A stretch of DNA of 50,505 nucleotides, the filler included, from Bipalium vagum (Eukaryota): assembly GCA_037834085.1 (NCBI GenBank). It is 3 parts of 3 records of this genome, joined end to end, with 100 filler letters (N's around TTAATTAATTAA, not from the genome) between each part and the next. Parts side by side here need not be neighbours in the genome. Positions count along the whole stretch, not along the records: positions 1 to 17,179 come from JBBMKC010075705.1; positions 17,280 to 33,240 come from JBBMKC010135768.1; 1 more part is not named here. One strand, written 5' to 3'. Under the pieces are notes generated by a model that saw only the letters and a list, made by a program, of their open reading frames with translations, had not been told where the DNA came from and did not search any database. Every line of letters starts with the position of its first letter. Position 1 is the stretch's first letter. Below, in pieces: positions 1 to 17,284 of the stretch. A program made the position numbers and the translations under genes.

Positions 1-45
<45 letters not shown>
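1..45. repeat. (TTA)n microsatellite
   Basis: Perfect TTA run at the window start. Confidence 0.95.
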
Positions 46-46
<1 letters not shown>

Positions 47-131
47 TTCACTCCTACCAATTGTTTGAGAATGTCTTGCGTAAAAAGGTTCGGTAATAAG
101 GGAAAAGAACTAGAATCATTTCCTCCTTCCG

Positions 132-301
132 NNNNNNNNNNNNNNNNNNNNNNNNNNNNNNNNNNNNNNNNNNNNNNNNNNNNNNNNNNNNNNNNNNNNN
201 NNNNNNNNNNNNNNNNNNNNNNNNNNNNNNNNNNNNNNNNNNNNNNNNNNNNNNNNNNNNNNNNNNNNNNNNNNNNNNNNNNNNNNNNNNNNNNNNNNNN
301 N
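132..301. other. Assembly gap
   Basis: Run of N. Confidence 0.99.
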
Positions 302-487
302 TTATTAATATGTATTCATTATTATAACTATAATTATTTTTTATTATTAATAATAATTTTTTTAATTTTTATTTATTATTATTTTGTTATTATCATTATT
401 TTTTCTTAATTTTATTTTATTCTTTTTAATATTTAACCGAACAGAATTATGCTAATTATTGATTTTTGATCTACTGATATTTCCAAG

Positions 488-1159
488 GTAAAGATATGGT
501 TCCAAAACCATCGCTACAAATGCAAGAGGTCGCAGAAGGATATTGAAAAGGATCAACAGAAAAGAGAAATCAGCGGTATACGAACCGTGCACAGTCCTGC
601 GGAAAGCGTGACGAGCAATGACGACCTTTGTGATAGCAGACACAACGTTTGTAACCTGTTTCCCAATCCATCACTGAAATCGTCTTGCGGTCTCAACGTT
701 TCTTCTCCGGCAATAAAGAGCTCAGAAAATCTGACAGAAAACTCTTTGTCCCAAGTGAAAGTGGAAGACCAGAATGAAATGTCGTTTGTGTTCTCCAAAG
801 TCAATTTGCCGGGCAAATTTTCCGAAAAACCCAACAGCGAATCCAACCATCTCAAGGACAGCATCACATCCAGTATCGCCATGGACTGTCCGAGCATGTC
901 TCAATATTACCAGCATTTGCAATCGCGGTACAACTACAACATCAACATTTCCGATTCCCGAGCGTCCTCCTCCCTGATCCCAGACCTGGAGTCCATCCAA
1001 AAGTCCGAATCATCTCTGGTGTTCCCGTCCATCTTTACCAGTAACGATCAACTGCTTCCCATCATTTCAGAATCAGGGGGGATATATGCATCGGAATTTT
1101 CCAATTTCCCCTTTCCCAGTAACGAATCGTATCTTTTCACTGACAACAAACCTTGGTGA
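488..1159 (+). CDS. Terminal coding exon of an NK2-class homeobox gene (NK2.1/scarecrow/ceh-24-like); upstream exons lie in the gap or outside the window
   Basis: After the acceptor AG (486-487) the frame reads VKIWFQNHRYKCKRSQKDIEKDQQKRE..., continuous with ORF 587-1159. WFQNHRYK with Tyr at homeodomain position 54 is diagnostic of NK2 genes, and the HRYKCKR variant occurs in invertebrate NK2.1 proteins. The intron sits at the common Q|VKIW position. The protein has a Tyr-rich patch (QYYQHLQSRYNYN) and ends in Trp (KPW*), as NK2 proteins typically do. AATAAA at about 1258. Confidence 0.88.
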   Translation, partial: VKIWFQNHRYKCKRSQKDIEKDQQKREISGIRTVHSPAESVTSNDDLCDSRHNVCNLFPNPSLKSSCGLNVSSPAIKSSENLTENSLSQVKVEDQNEMSFVFSKVNLPGKFSEKPNSESNHLKDSITSSIAMDCPSMSQYYQHLQSRYNYNINISDSRASSSLIPDLESIQKSESSLVFPSIFTSNDQLLPIISESGGIYASEFSNFPFPSNESYLFTDNKPW

Positions 1160-3094
1160 CCACCATGACCCAAAGGTCTGACCTTTCTCTGTACTGTGTG
1201 TCCATTCAACTACTTATTGTTTGACAGTAAATAGTTTATTGTTTTTTGTAAAACTTTAATAAAAAGTTTCTAGTTCGTCCTTTTTATGATTAAATAATAA
1301 TGATAATAAAAATTATTTTGCTAACAATATGGATACCAACACTGATAATGAGGGTAGTACAATAATAATAATGATAATATATTAAACTAGTAGTAGGAAT
1401 TTAAGCTCTGAGTCCTTATCCTTCCCCTCACTAATGGTCGGTGTCAATGATGAAAGAAAAATAATCAGTTCACCAATAAAACTTTAATGACAATAACACA
1501 ATGCCTAACACAAATATCAAATGTTGCACAACCACCAATTCCTGTTCCTTAAAATCAAATAGATCAACTATCAATCGTAAGCAATGTCAAACAATGAGAT
1601 GTTAACACTAAACCAATACAAATCAATGACAATAAAAATTAATCGATAGTTCAATAAATGAATTAAATCAAACAATGAAATGAGAATGTAAACCAGTACC
1701 ACTAGTTAAAATAAAAAATGAAGTGGATAGATAAATATTAAATTAATATTTATTAGAGAAAAGACACAGAAGATTCTCATGATTTAGATGGAAGCAATTC
1801 AGATACCTTTTCTCACTAAAACTATGAAGCCCTTTTCTCATAAATCAGTCCGTTGATGTTGACAGTTTATTTTTAATAAACATTTTTATTTATCATATAC
1901 ACATACATCTGTATCAAGTACAGCAGTAGAGACAATTATTTACAATGAGTAAATATCATATTCACATAGTCTCTAGGTGATGGCAGTGTGACGGATCCTG
2001 GAGTCCCAGACGACACTAAATATAAAATTTAATGCACATTAGGGGTCGGGACAAATCACTCTGCATCATCCAGAATAAATTGATCTCTGCCCCCCCCCCA
2101 TTGCAGTCGATACCTGCCAATGGAGGACATGAAAAACATAAAAAATTTTTAAAATTTAAAATATTTATTTATTATTCTTAGTACTTTATTATTCTCGACC
2201 CTCTTTGCGGTCATAATCTTCCATTCCCTTCGGAAGTGCTTTTAAGCGAATATAATAATAATAAATGTATAATAAAAAAATAAAAAACAAGACAAAATGG
2301 AAAAAGAAATTGCAAAAAAGTATAAATATCCGGTGGTCTGAGAGTCTTGGTTACAAAATAAAACGGAGTTCTGTATTTAATTAATAATTTTTTAAATAGA
2401 GCGATGCATAGAGACAATAAACTATTGGATAATGAAGATTGGTTAGGGTGGCTCAACTAAACTCTCACCAAGCAACAAAATGGCTCCAATAAACAAAAAT
2501 GAATGAGAAGAAATTTGGGTAAAGTAAACTATAATTGGAAATCGAAATTATCAATACAATATGAACCGATCACAAATTGAAAATCATAATTTCCAATTAT
2601 TTTTAAGATCAGATTCTCATTGACTGGAGCCAGTCTAAATAAGTCATTAGGAAAGTTTGCAGATCTCCACATGGGATAGAGCAATCAATAATTTATTTCC
2701 TGATAAATTTAAGGTAAAAATCTTTAAAACAGAGTCATATGTGAACCCGAATGTGAATCAATATATATTCCTTTAGAAAAAATTATGAATTAAATTCCAA
2801 AGACATATTTAGATCTCTTCTACCTTTTAGTTTTCCCTCTTCTTTTCGACATCTTTGATCACTTCACAAAACCGACTCAATCTTATCTTACTAAGCTGAA
2901 TAGTTTTCCCCGTGTTAAAGACACTTTGACTTTTCTTCCAATAACCTTAACTAAAATTGATATTGTATTAAAATATTCTAAACATTTTGCTCTTGGCTCT
3001 GATAGACTCACCTTTAACCATTGAAAAACTATAGATCCAACCAACGAATAACTGCTTAAAATCTTCAACCTTATTCTTAAACATAAACGGATTC

Positions 3095-3400
3095 CAAAAC
3101 AATGGAAAGAATTCAGAACTTCATTGATACTGAAACCGCAAAAACATGGTGGATCTCATCTTATCTCTTCCTGGAGGCCAATTGTCATTCTTTTTCAGGA
3201 GCCATAGAATTTCCCCTTCTGTCCTTAATAACCGCTTTCTTACTTGGAATAAAAATTGTAACCTTTTATCCCAAAATCAAAAAGCCTTGCTTTCACATAA
3301 TGACTGCTCTGAGAATAAGCAAAGACCTGAAAGAGTTCGATAAGCGCAAAAATCAAAATTCTGTAAACGGTTTTTATGGATTATCGAAGTGCAGCCAATC
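3095..3400 (+). mobile_element. Decayed non-LTR retrotransposon reverse transcriptase fragment (RLE-type, R2/R4/NeSL-like); the remnant may extend about 2450-3700
   Basis: Frameshifted translation QWKEFRTSLILKPQKHGGSHLISSWRPIVIL / FRSHRISPSVLNNRFLTW..LLSQNQKALLSHNDCSEN / ..VFMDYRSA. This matches the RT motifs LI.K...WRPI.L, L..RL..W...LS..QKGF....GC.E and FLD...AF. Confidence 0.7.
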
Positions 3401-4264
3401 ATGATTTTCTTTGACTTAAAACCAATAGAACTTTGAAAGACAACAAGACTTAGACCAGACATAATTATTCGAAATAATTTTAACAAAACAATTCATTTAC
3501 AAGTCATAAGATATGGAAATTAATTTTAAAAATGTTAGGGACAAATATTATGGAAAATATCAAAATCTAAGCTTAGCTAAAATGAAAATAAACCACAAGA
3601 TATCAGACGTCACTGGATACAATCGCAGTTGGTTGTCTTGGCTCATGAGACCCAAAGAATGACATTGCACTCAAGAAGATAGGTCTAAACAAAAACCAAA
3701 ATAATGCTCTATCTAATTTATTAATTTAAAAAGCCATCCAGGAATCATATCATTTATATTTAATACACGTCTATAAAGAGAGCAGAATTAATTTTGAGTC
3801 ACTTGAAATCTATAATCAATTAACGATTATTTATTTTCTATAAACAATATTATTGTCATTGTCTTCATTGTTGATTTTATTATTACTATTATTTTTTTCC
3901 TGTTACTCTACGATTATTATTTTATATTCTTCATATTCTTATCAGTATTTACTCTTATTATATCTGTAATCCTTATTATAATTTTCTTGATTGCTCTTTC
4001 CTTCTCGTGGCTTCTCCGCTTCCTCTATCATTTGGTGAGCATTCAGGACATATCAACAGTTAAGGGGAGAATATACGAAAGAATATACGAAACCAATGAA
4101 GAAGATGGAGCTAAGTAGACATTTTCCTCGAAAGAAGTATTTTTCATAAATAGATATTTTGTAAAAGATATATTAAAGAAAAATATTAGAATTATTACTT
4201 ATTATTAATTTTAGACTTTTTGAACAATTTTTAATATTTATTTTATGATAAATGAACACTTAAA

Positions 4265-5290
4265 ATCGATGAAAGTATTTTCAATCGTTATAAATGACTT
4301 TTCCAATAAATCTGGCAACACGGATATTCCGCGGCAATAAAAAGGTTTTTCTTAAGAATAAATTCAACTGGACATCAAATTTTCAACATCTTTGAACGAA
4401 TCGAATTACAGAGAATGTACCATTGACCTAAATAAATTAAAATCTGTTTCAGGTATGTCTGGAGAGTACTCTGGGTGCGGAAGGATTTCCTATAGCCGTT
4501 CTAACAGTGTTTGGTTGACAATTGAAGAAATAGGTCGTCTAGCATTATCAGGCAACAGATTGACTATGGGTAGATTGCTGGCTATTGCAGGTCTTATCTA
4601 AATCAATTCATTGTTTAATCTTTTTATTGATATTGATGTCGATCCCGCTTAACTGCTATTTTCGATTTCAAAAGTTTATGATACACAACACATTCTTTAT
4701 GGCACCAAATACAAAGAATAAGTTGTTTATCTTAATTACTGTGGTTTGCGGTGGACGTTGATACCTGTCCTAAATCAAGACATAGTTTCTTTTGTTTAGG
4801 GTTTGGAAATAAATCAAATCTTTATCACTCGTCACGATTCGCTACCAAAAAATCCTTTATCTGTTTGGCAAGTTAAGATATGGCTTTACTTAAACAATTA
4901 CAGTGAGGACTGTCAGTCAAATTATGAGGGATCAATTTATCTTTCTTTTGAATTTTTCCTACCTTTTGTAACCGTTTGGAAACTGTTGATCTATGTTTGT
5001 TTAGTGTCATAGCCAACTATTTCTCGATCTGAGCAGAGTTGTTATTCAACAAATCTTGCAATTTACTATCTTAAACGTTTTTGGCTAACCTACTTTTCTT
5101 TACCAATCAAATCGAAGTCCCCTGACTTTAATATTGTAAACCAGAATTTGCAGTTTGACAACGATGGTGCCTCATCAGAAGATGTTTCCTCAAACATTTG
5201 ATATGTTTCTGCTACTGTTTTCCACACATCACATACAAACATTAATACAAGTCTGGCATTTAATTTTTACATATTTATTTTTAGCGCCAT
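4265..5290 (-). mobile_element. Near full-length decayed mariner (Mos1-like DD34D) transposase
   Basis: Minus-strand remnants in the correct order: KTVAETYQMF..DEAPSLSNCKFWF..KSGDFDL, LIPHNLT (WVPHEL), IVTSDK (IVTGDEKW), LLPDNAR (HDNARPH), ILPHPEYSPDIPETDFNLFRSM (HPPYSPDLAPSDYHLFRSM). Many stops and frameshifts. Confidence 0.85.
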
Positions 5291-5959
5291 GTAAAAGTGT
5301 TTATTTAAACAAATTGCATTTCTAAATCAAAATAAACTTATTAGATTTTTGGATGTTTAAAAAAAATTGTTCCTTTGGCTTCATATTACAAATATAACTA
5401 ACGATATTGCTGATCTTAATGTGAGACGAGGATTAAGGAACCTTCCTACTGTAATAATAGACACAACTTTGTGGTGACCAGTATAAAAATCAATAAACAG
5501 TTGTGACCATTACCTAGGTGTAGTAATTTTTGGGTTTGTTCGTTGGGGGTTCGTCTCTTTATCGTCTTCATTTTTTCAATATTTTAATTTTGTGACTTAA
5601 AGTGGCTGCGAATATCGAAATCTTTTCTGCGAGACACAAGGGAATAATAGGTAGCTCATTTTCTTCTTTCACCCTAGAATCCGGTCATCAATCTTGGACA
5701 GTAGTTTTCAGTTATCTGTATTTTCTGGACAAAAATTGCCTTAAAAGAATTTTCAAAACCCCCTTCTTGAGTAAGGCGTAAAAGATTACATTGGAATGAT
5801 AGGACTGAAACATTCCGCAGTGTTGGAGCAAGGGACCAGATTGGTCGCTAGTTGCTGTATTAGAAGTTCCAAAATTAAAAAGGAGAACAAAATTATAAAA
5901 AGTTTTGAATCGAACGCATTATATTTTTTGATTAAAAGATGTTATTATTTTAATATTGA

Positions 5960-6547
5960 CCAAGCACGAGACATCGGGACTGTAAAGTGGATGCCGAAGA
6001 ACTTCGATCCTGTCGAATTCAGTGAATTTGTTCAGCGTCTTTTTTGATCTGTGAGGTTTAGCATTATCATGAGGAGTTTTACTTCTTGGAACCCATTGCC
6101 TTTGTTGGTTTTGATTTATCAAGCAAATCTATTTTAAATCAGACGTGATTATGCATTTCCAACATCGATCGTCCATGTAATTCTGCAGTAAGTGGCGGCG
6201 AATTTCAACGAATCGATTGGATTGTGCTTCGGTTGAATCGTGGATGGTCTCTTCAGCTTCGGCATCACATATTTGTTTTGCAGCTTCGCTAGCAGAAAGT
6301 CCGCGCTTCCAACAATAGCAAATTAGAATTCTCAATTAACTTCTATTCAAAGTCATCTAAAATTATTTATTTATTAATATTATATTTTTATACGGTTTAC
6401 TTATATCTTATGAATTTTTAAAAATTTGGTTATGAATTAAGAATTTTTAAACAAGTAGTGATCAAATACTATTATTGATTAGATTTAATATTACTGATAC
6501 TTTCTAATATTTTGTAACTGCTGCAGAACGTATTGGTCCAACCAATT
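5960..6547 (-). mobile_element. Internally deleted mariner remnant
   Basis: ORF 6129-6335 reads RILICYCWKRGLSASEAAKQICDAE (mariner N-terminal HTH). ORF 5919-6122 contains HDNAKPH and EVLRHPLYSPDV. A mariner TIR-like sequence (gcagaacgtattggtccaaccaatta) lies at about 6522-6547. Confidence 0.8.
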
Positions 6548-9500
6548 ATTTCGATGTAAAATCCAATAGTTGAGCTCGGAATGAATACAATATTATTTGC
6601 AAAATCAAATAAACTAATTCACAGGTCTTAAACTTAAATAATTCAATAAAACCACAACAAATTAATAAATATCCCAAGTTTTACCAAAGAATAACAATAT
6701 CTTTATTTTCGCTTGACACTCCTCCCAGTAAACTGGATCAACGTATCCCAATGTCTTTAAGAATGTCGAGAAAAAAATAGTAAGATGAAAATCAATTAAA
6801 ATGAAATAACTAAACAAATGCCAAATAATTCACAATATTACTATATGTAGACTTCAGTTCGGCCCCCTCTACTAAAGCGCTCGTCAATCCTTATAGCTTG
6901 ACAGGGACCCGAACGCAATCTCAAAAAGAAATTTGATATTCACGGACGAAATACTAAATGTTTCACCACAGTTGAGTTGGCAAGTACTCCCTTTAATTTA
7001 AAACTATGTTTACGAATAACCTATTACTTTTATTGAATAATTTTTTAATTTATCTCAGTTTCCATTTAAAGCGAGAAATCGTGCGATAAACCAAGAGCCC
7101 AAACATTGATCATTGATTCCAATGACATCTTACCTCGAGATGATATGATGCAAAAGACTGGTATTTGATGGAGCTCGGAAATCATGTCAGGGAATTTAAG
7201 AACGTGTTGCGGTGGCTTATAAAAATTCGGCTCATTTGAGACGCTATATACCGTAATTAGTGTGGTCTTGCTTTTGGACTAAATTTCTAGCAGAATCCAA
7301 CTGGCGGTTATCTATAATACCTCAAATCCAGTAGATATAATCAACGTATATGTAAAGCATGGGTTGCTCATATTGCAATTGTCTGTTAGGAACGTTTCAA
7401 CAGGTGCCTGTGTCTGAAAACTTAAGGAAACAAATCTTAATAATTAATTTATTTCCCGAAACTTAAGCTTTAATTATAATAAAATCTGAAAGAGTTAACA
7501 GATTTTCAATTTATGTTGTAATATTAATTTCAGTCCGGATGTAATTAAAATGCCAAAGGTCATTGATTTGTTTAAGTTAACAATTTTTGTGAAATATTTA
7601 ATTTTGGAATTTTAATTACACATAAACCAAATTATTACTGATCATGATTATATTTAAAAACTTTTTTATTTCTTTTTTCTGCAGTAGAAATTAGAATAAC
7701 GATATGATATCTGCCCCACTCAAATATTGTAATTTCAGATGAAAAGCTTTATAAAGATGATAAGCTTTATAATGTATATATAAAGGTTTTCTGATTAAAT
7801 TTGTTCAAAAAAATAATTAAATAAGACATTAAGATCTCAATAAAATTTTAAATTTCACGTGGTAACCATAGTTACATAATTAAATAATATATTCAAACAA
7901 CAAAATTAACTAAATATTTTAATAAAAATATTTAAAGAGGCTTTTTTATTAGTCCATTGAATTTACCATAAGTTTGAAACTCAAATTTTATTTTATATGG
8001 GGAAATGCTATACCATAGTTGAAACCAGTGGTGAACACATTAAACCATATAGGATAAACAAATTTGAATAATGCGATAAATAGAAAAATGGACATAATTC
8101 ACTTCCACTATATCTTAAAGATGAGCAACGTAAGATAAATTTTAAGGACGTCAATTTAATAAAAGATTCTGGACATTTTCAAAAATAATGATTCTTTATA
8201 AAAGAACAGTATTTACCAAGAATAATGAAGAATCATTGTTATACAGAATTTAATCAGACAATACCTTTACCTAGACAATGGAAACCTAGGTGGACTGCAA
8301 GAAAATAACAGGAATCTTTTGTAGAAAGAAAGATAAATTTGACAATGAAAATGATCTGAAAATAAATAATATTTTGACCAAAAAGTTTGAGAAACATTAA
8401 AATGTTAAATTGAATGACCATTTTGAAAACTTTTTGTGTGATAAGGTAAATGAGAACCATAATTAAAATGGAAATAGCGATCTTCGCCAGAAGAAACTTC
8501 CCAAACGAATTGGGGAAAATAACTGCGAGGATCGGGAACAATAATAATACTAAGAATAATAAGTAAACAATATAAATAATTATTAAATGTCTGAAAATTT
8601 GAAAAGTTCTTATTGACTTACTAAATTTCCTGATTTATGGGTATTTTTGAAAGGTACTGCCACTCATGGAGAATCAGTATTATTTTTCTGTCATCTTTCG
8701 ATTTGTCTAACTAACGAACTTAGGGTTAGTTGAATTTTAAACTTCTAGTAAGAATGCTTTATTTTACTATCGATTCACTTTTCATATTCATATTTTAATT
8801 ATCGTTATTGATTTATATTTCGATTTTATGATTAAACTTAACTCATTTATTTTTAAACTATGGATTATATTTATTGTCATTGACTTATATTAGTTTTGTG
8901 CTTACATTTTATTGTTTGACCTTGCTTACGAATGATAGTTGATCTATCTGATTTCAAATAACCACAAAGGCTCAGCAAAGAAGAATTTTTAAATAAGCCC
9001 ACAATATAACTCATTGAAATTGCAAATTATGAAAATTTAACAAATGAGATGGACCTAATAGATATGTTACACGTTATATTAGTATGAAACCTTTTTGTAA
9101 CACATACTTCGTAATTTTACTAACCCTGTCACTTTTGTCAATAACGTGTTTGAAAATAATTGAATCAAAACAACTACTAAAAACTTTATTCTATCAACAC
9201 TGACACAGTAGCACAGCCTCCATCGTAAAATTTCTTAAGTATTCAAAATCAGTATTAGAATCCTGAAAATCAGAACAATTAATAATCAAATAGAATAATC
9301 AGTAAAAGTTTGGCCAAAATGTTCAAAACTATTGATAAGATTAATGTTTATTTAGAAAGAAAAAATCATCACTTAATTCCCTGACTTGATTGTACTTTTT
9401 TACTAACTTGATAACCTTCACCTGATTTGTGATTTTCAATTATTTTCTGAGTTAAGTACTTGGTTTTCTATTACAATAAAGGGAATAACGTTTATGAATG

Positions 9501-10072
9501 AACGTTTATCATGAAGTGAAATTAATGTCAAGTCAAATCGACTGGGATCTTTCATAAACATTCATTATCAGTCACAACACAACTGAAAACGACTAAGAAC
9601 TTTTCAAATCTTCCTTTAAAACAAGTTAACTTAATTTTTAAAACCAGGAAATATTTTGTTACTTCATTTTTCTAATTCATTCTAAATTGATTGTTTATTT
9701 ATATTGTTTAATAATAATACAAAAAACTAGCCTTATAACCATTAAAATCTCTTCAAAATTCCGGTAAAATTTAATTTCATATCTTTAAATCATTTTAAAA
9801 CTAAACAAATCTTGATTGATCGATGATAAACTGCCCAACGCTTTTGTATTATAATACTTTCTAAAACCAACGAAACATCTTCAAAACATTTTACAGAGAA
9901 TATATCCAGGAGAATATTATTTAAAATCTTTGAATTCTTTTTAAAAATAAAAAGACAGAGAAAACCTTTCATTCGATTAAGATGACGGCCGAAAGAGTCT
10001 CTTTTCACATTATTATTATTACAGCCACTAACAGATGAAAAAATCCATAACGATCAACAACTAATCAATACT

Positions 10073-15656
<5,584 letters not shown>

Positions 15657-16289
15657 TTATGAAACGGTCAATTGATATTGGAATTGTTTCGAGAAATGAG
15701 TCTGAAGCAAAAAAATAGCAAGTCTTATTTCAAAAAAAGTTTTAAATGTTTACTATGCCTAATTTATTTAAACGATTAAAACAAATTGAATTTAATTCAC
15801 AATTAATTTAATTTCGTTTCTTTGTGATTTTTAAAACTTTTCCTTTAATTTTTTTAATCGTTCTTAACTTATTAATATAAAGTTTTTATATAAATTTTGA
15901 TTTTCTGATTTATTGTTTTCTATTTATTTGTAATTGATAATATTTGTACGAACAATAATATTATATTGAATTATTTCTGAATTTTTCCGTTTCACTTTCT
16001 TGTTTCATGGATATTATTAATTTGTATTTACTTTTCTTTTTAATAGCAATAATTATTATTTTCCCAAAATGAAGTTAAATATTATTTTACATGAAATACA
16101 AATAAAAAGAAAATAAGTATAAAAAAATAGTGTGATTATTATGATAAATACAATATGAATAAATATTTCCTAATTATAAATTAGATTTTAGCAAAATATC
16201 TGGTTTATTATCTTTGAGTGTTTTCAATATTTTTGTACAGTATGACCATGGTTGATTATTATTTTACTGATTATTACATGTTATAATTT

Positions 16290-16800
16290 ACAACCGGCTT
16301 TTAGAAAGGTGAATAAGGTGTATGAAACATTATTCTATGTCCATTTTGCTGAACCAATCTTTAAATGGATGCACATTTGTGGAAGGGCACATTGTCCATA
16401 ACTAATACAACAGATCCAATATTATTTAAATTAAACTTTTCAATAAGAGAAACAAGAACCTTTACAAAATACTCTTGATAAAATCCATATTTGAAACTTT
16501 ATGATAAAAATGTTATTTTTGCTGATGAAACAACAAATGGAAATGTTTCTTGTATGAATAGAGGCACACCTTTTATTAATCTTGTTTCCAAAAGAAATCT
16601 TCCTCCTCCATTTCTTATAAAAATATTAGGCCCAACCTCGTCTAAGAAAATCTTAGTGCCATCGATTGATTATATTAAATTTTTAAATTCTGCTGCATAT
16701 AGTGTGCGGATTGTACTCACATCTTCACTTTTTCTTGGTACGGTAGCACAGATATTCTTTTGAAACTATAATAAAAAGAACCAATATGTGGAGCATCACA
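16290..16800 (-). mobile_element. Decayed IS630/Tc1-type (DDE_3) transposase fragment
   Basis: The minus strand gives IRTLYAAEF..KIFLDEVG (first catalytic D), NISICC, VVLVMDNVPFHKC (second D) and GHRIMFHTPYSPFL (LPPYSPxLNPIE motif). The track ORF 16491-16763 (+) is its antisense shadow. Confidence 0.75.
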
Positions 16801-17179
16801 CAATAAACATTTTTATGACATTTTATTAACTTTACTGATCCATAAATGTCGTGATTCTAATAAATATTTTAATTTTATTTTTATGTTGTTAAAGTAAAGT
16901 TTTGTGACTGATCACCAAAAAACCTTCTTTTAAATAATTATTATTATTATTATCATTAATATTATTAATAATATTATTATTATTAACATTATCAGAGTTT
17001 CTGAATAAATATAGAATTTGATAATAAATTAAAATTAGAAACTACAAACTTACTAAAATTAGAAAATAATACAAATGAAATTATACAGGTTACTAAAAAT
17101 AAATTTTAGACAAATAAAATTATATGAATTTCTAAAAATAGAAATTATATGTTTCTAAAAATAGAAATTATAATAAAAA

Positions 17180-17279
17180 NNNNNNNNNNNNNNNNNNNNN
17201 NNNNNNNNNNNNNNNNNNNNNNNTTAATTAATTAANNNNNNNNNNNNNNNNNNNNNNNNNNNNNNNNNNNNNNNNNNNN
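17180..17279. other. Assembly gap with TTAATTAATTAA linker
   Basis: N-run with a central six-frame-stop spacer, identical to the one at 33241-33340. Confidence 0.97.
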
Positions 17280-17284
17280 GAACA

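Noticed and set aside
65-409. 114-aa ORF
   Set aside because: Spans an N gap and AT-rich low-complexity intron sequence.
452-1000. Minus-strand ORFs 452-643, 553-897 and 722-1000
   Set aside because: Shadows of the NK2 terminal exon.
1960-2150. GC-rich patch checked for a hammerhead/HDV-type ribozyme or other structured RNA
   Set aside because: No CTGANGA...GAAA core on either strand and no convincing structure by eye. The CTGATGA matches I noticed elsewhere fall in exons or TE relics, or lack flanking stems.
17224-17235. TTAATTAATTAA island inside the N-runs (also at about 33285-33296)
   Set aside because: An identical palindromic six-frame-stop spacer centred in 100-nt gaps is a scaffolding artefact, not biology.
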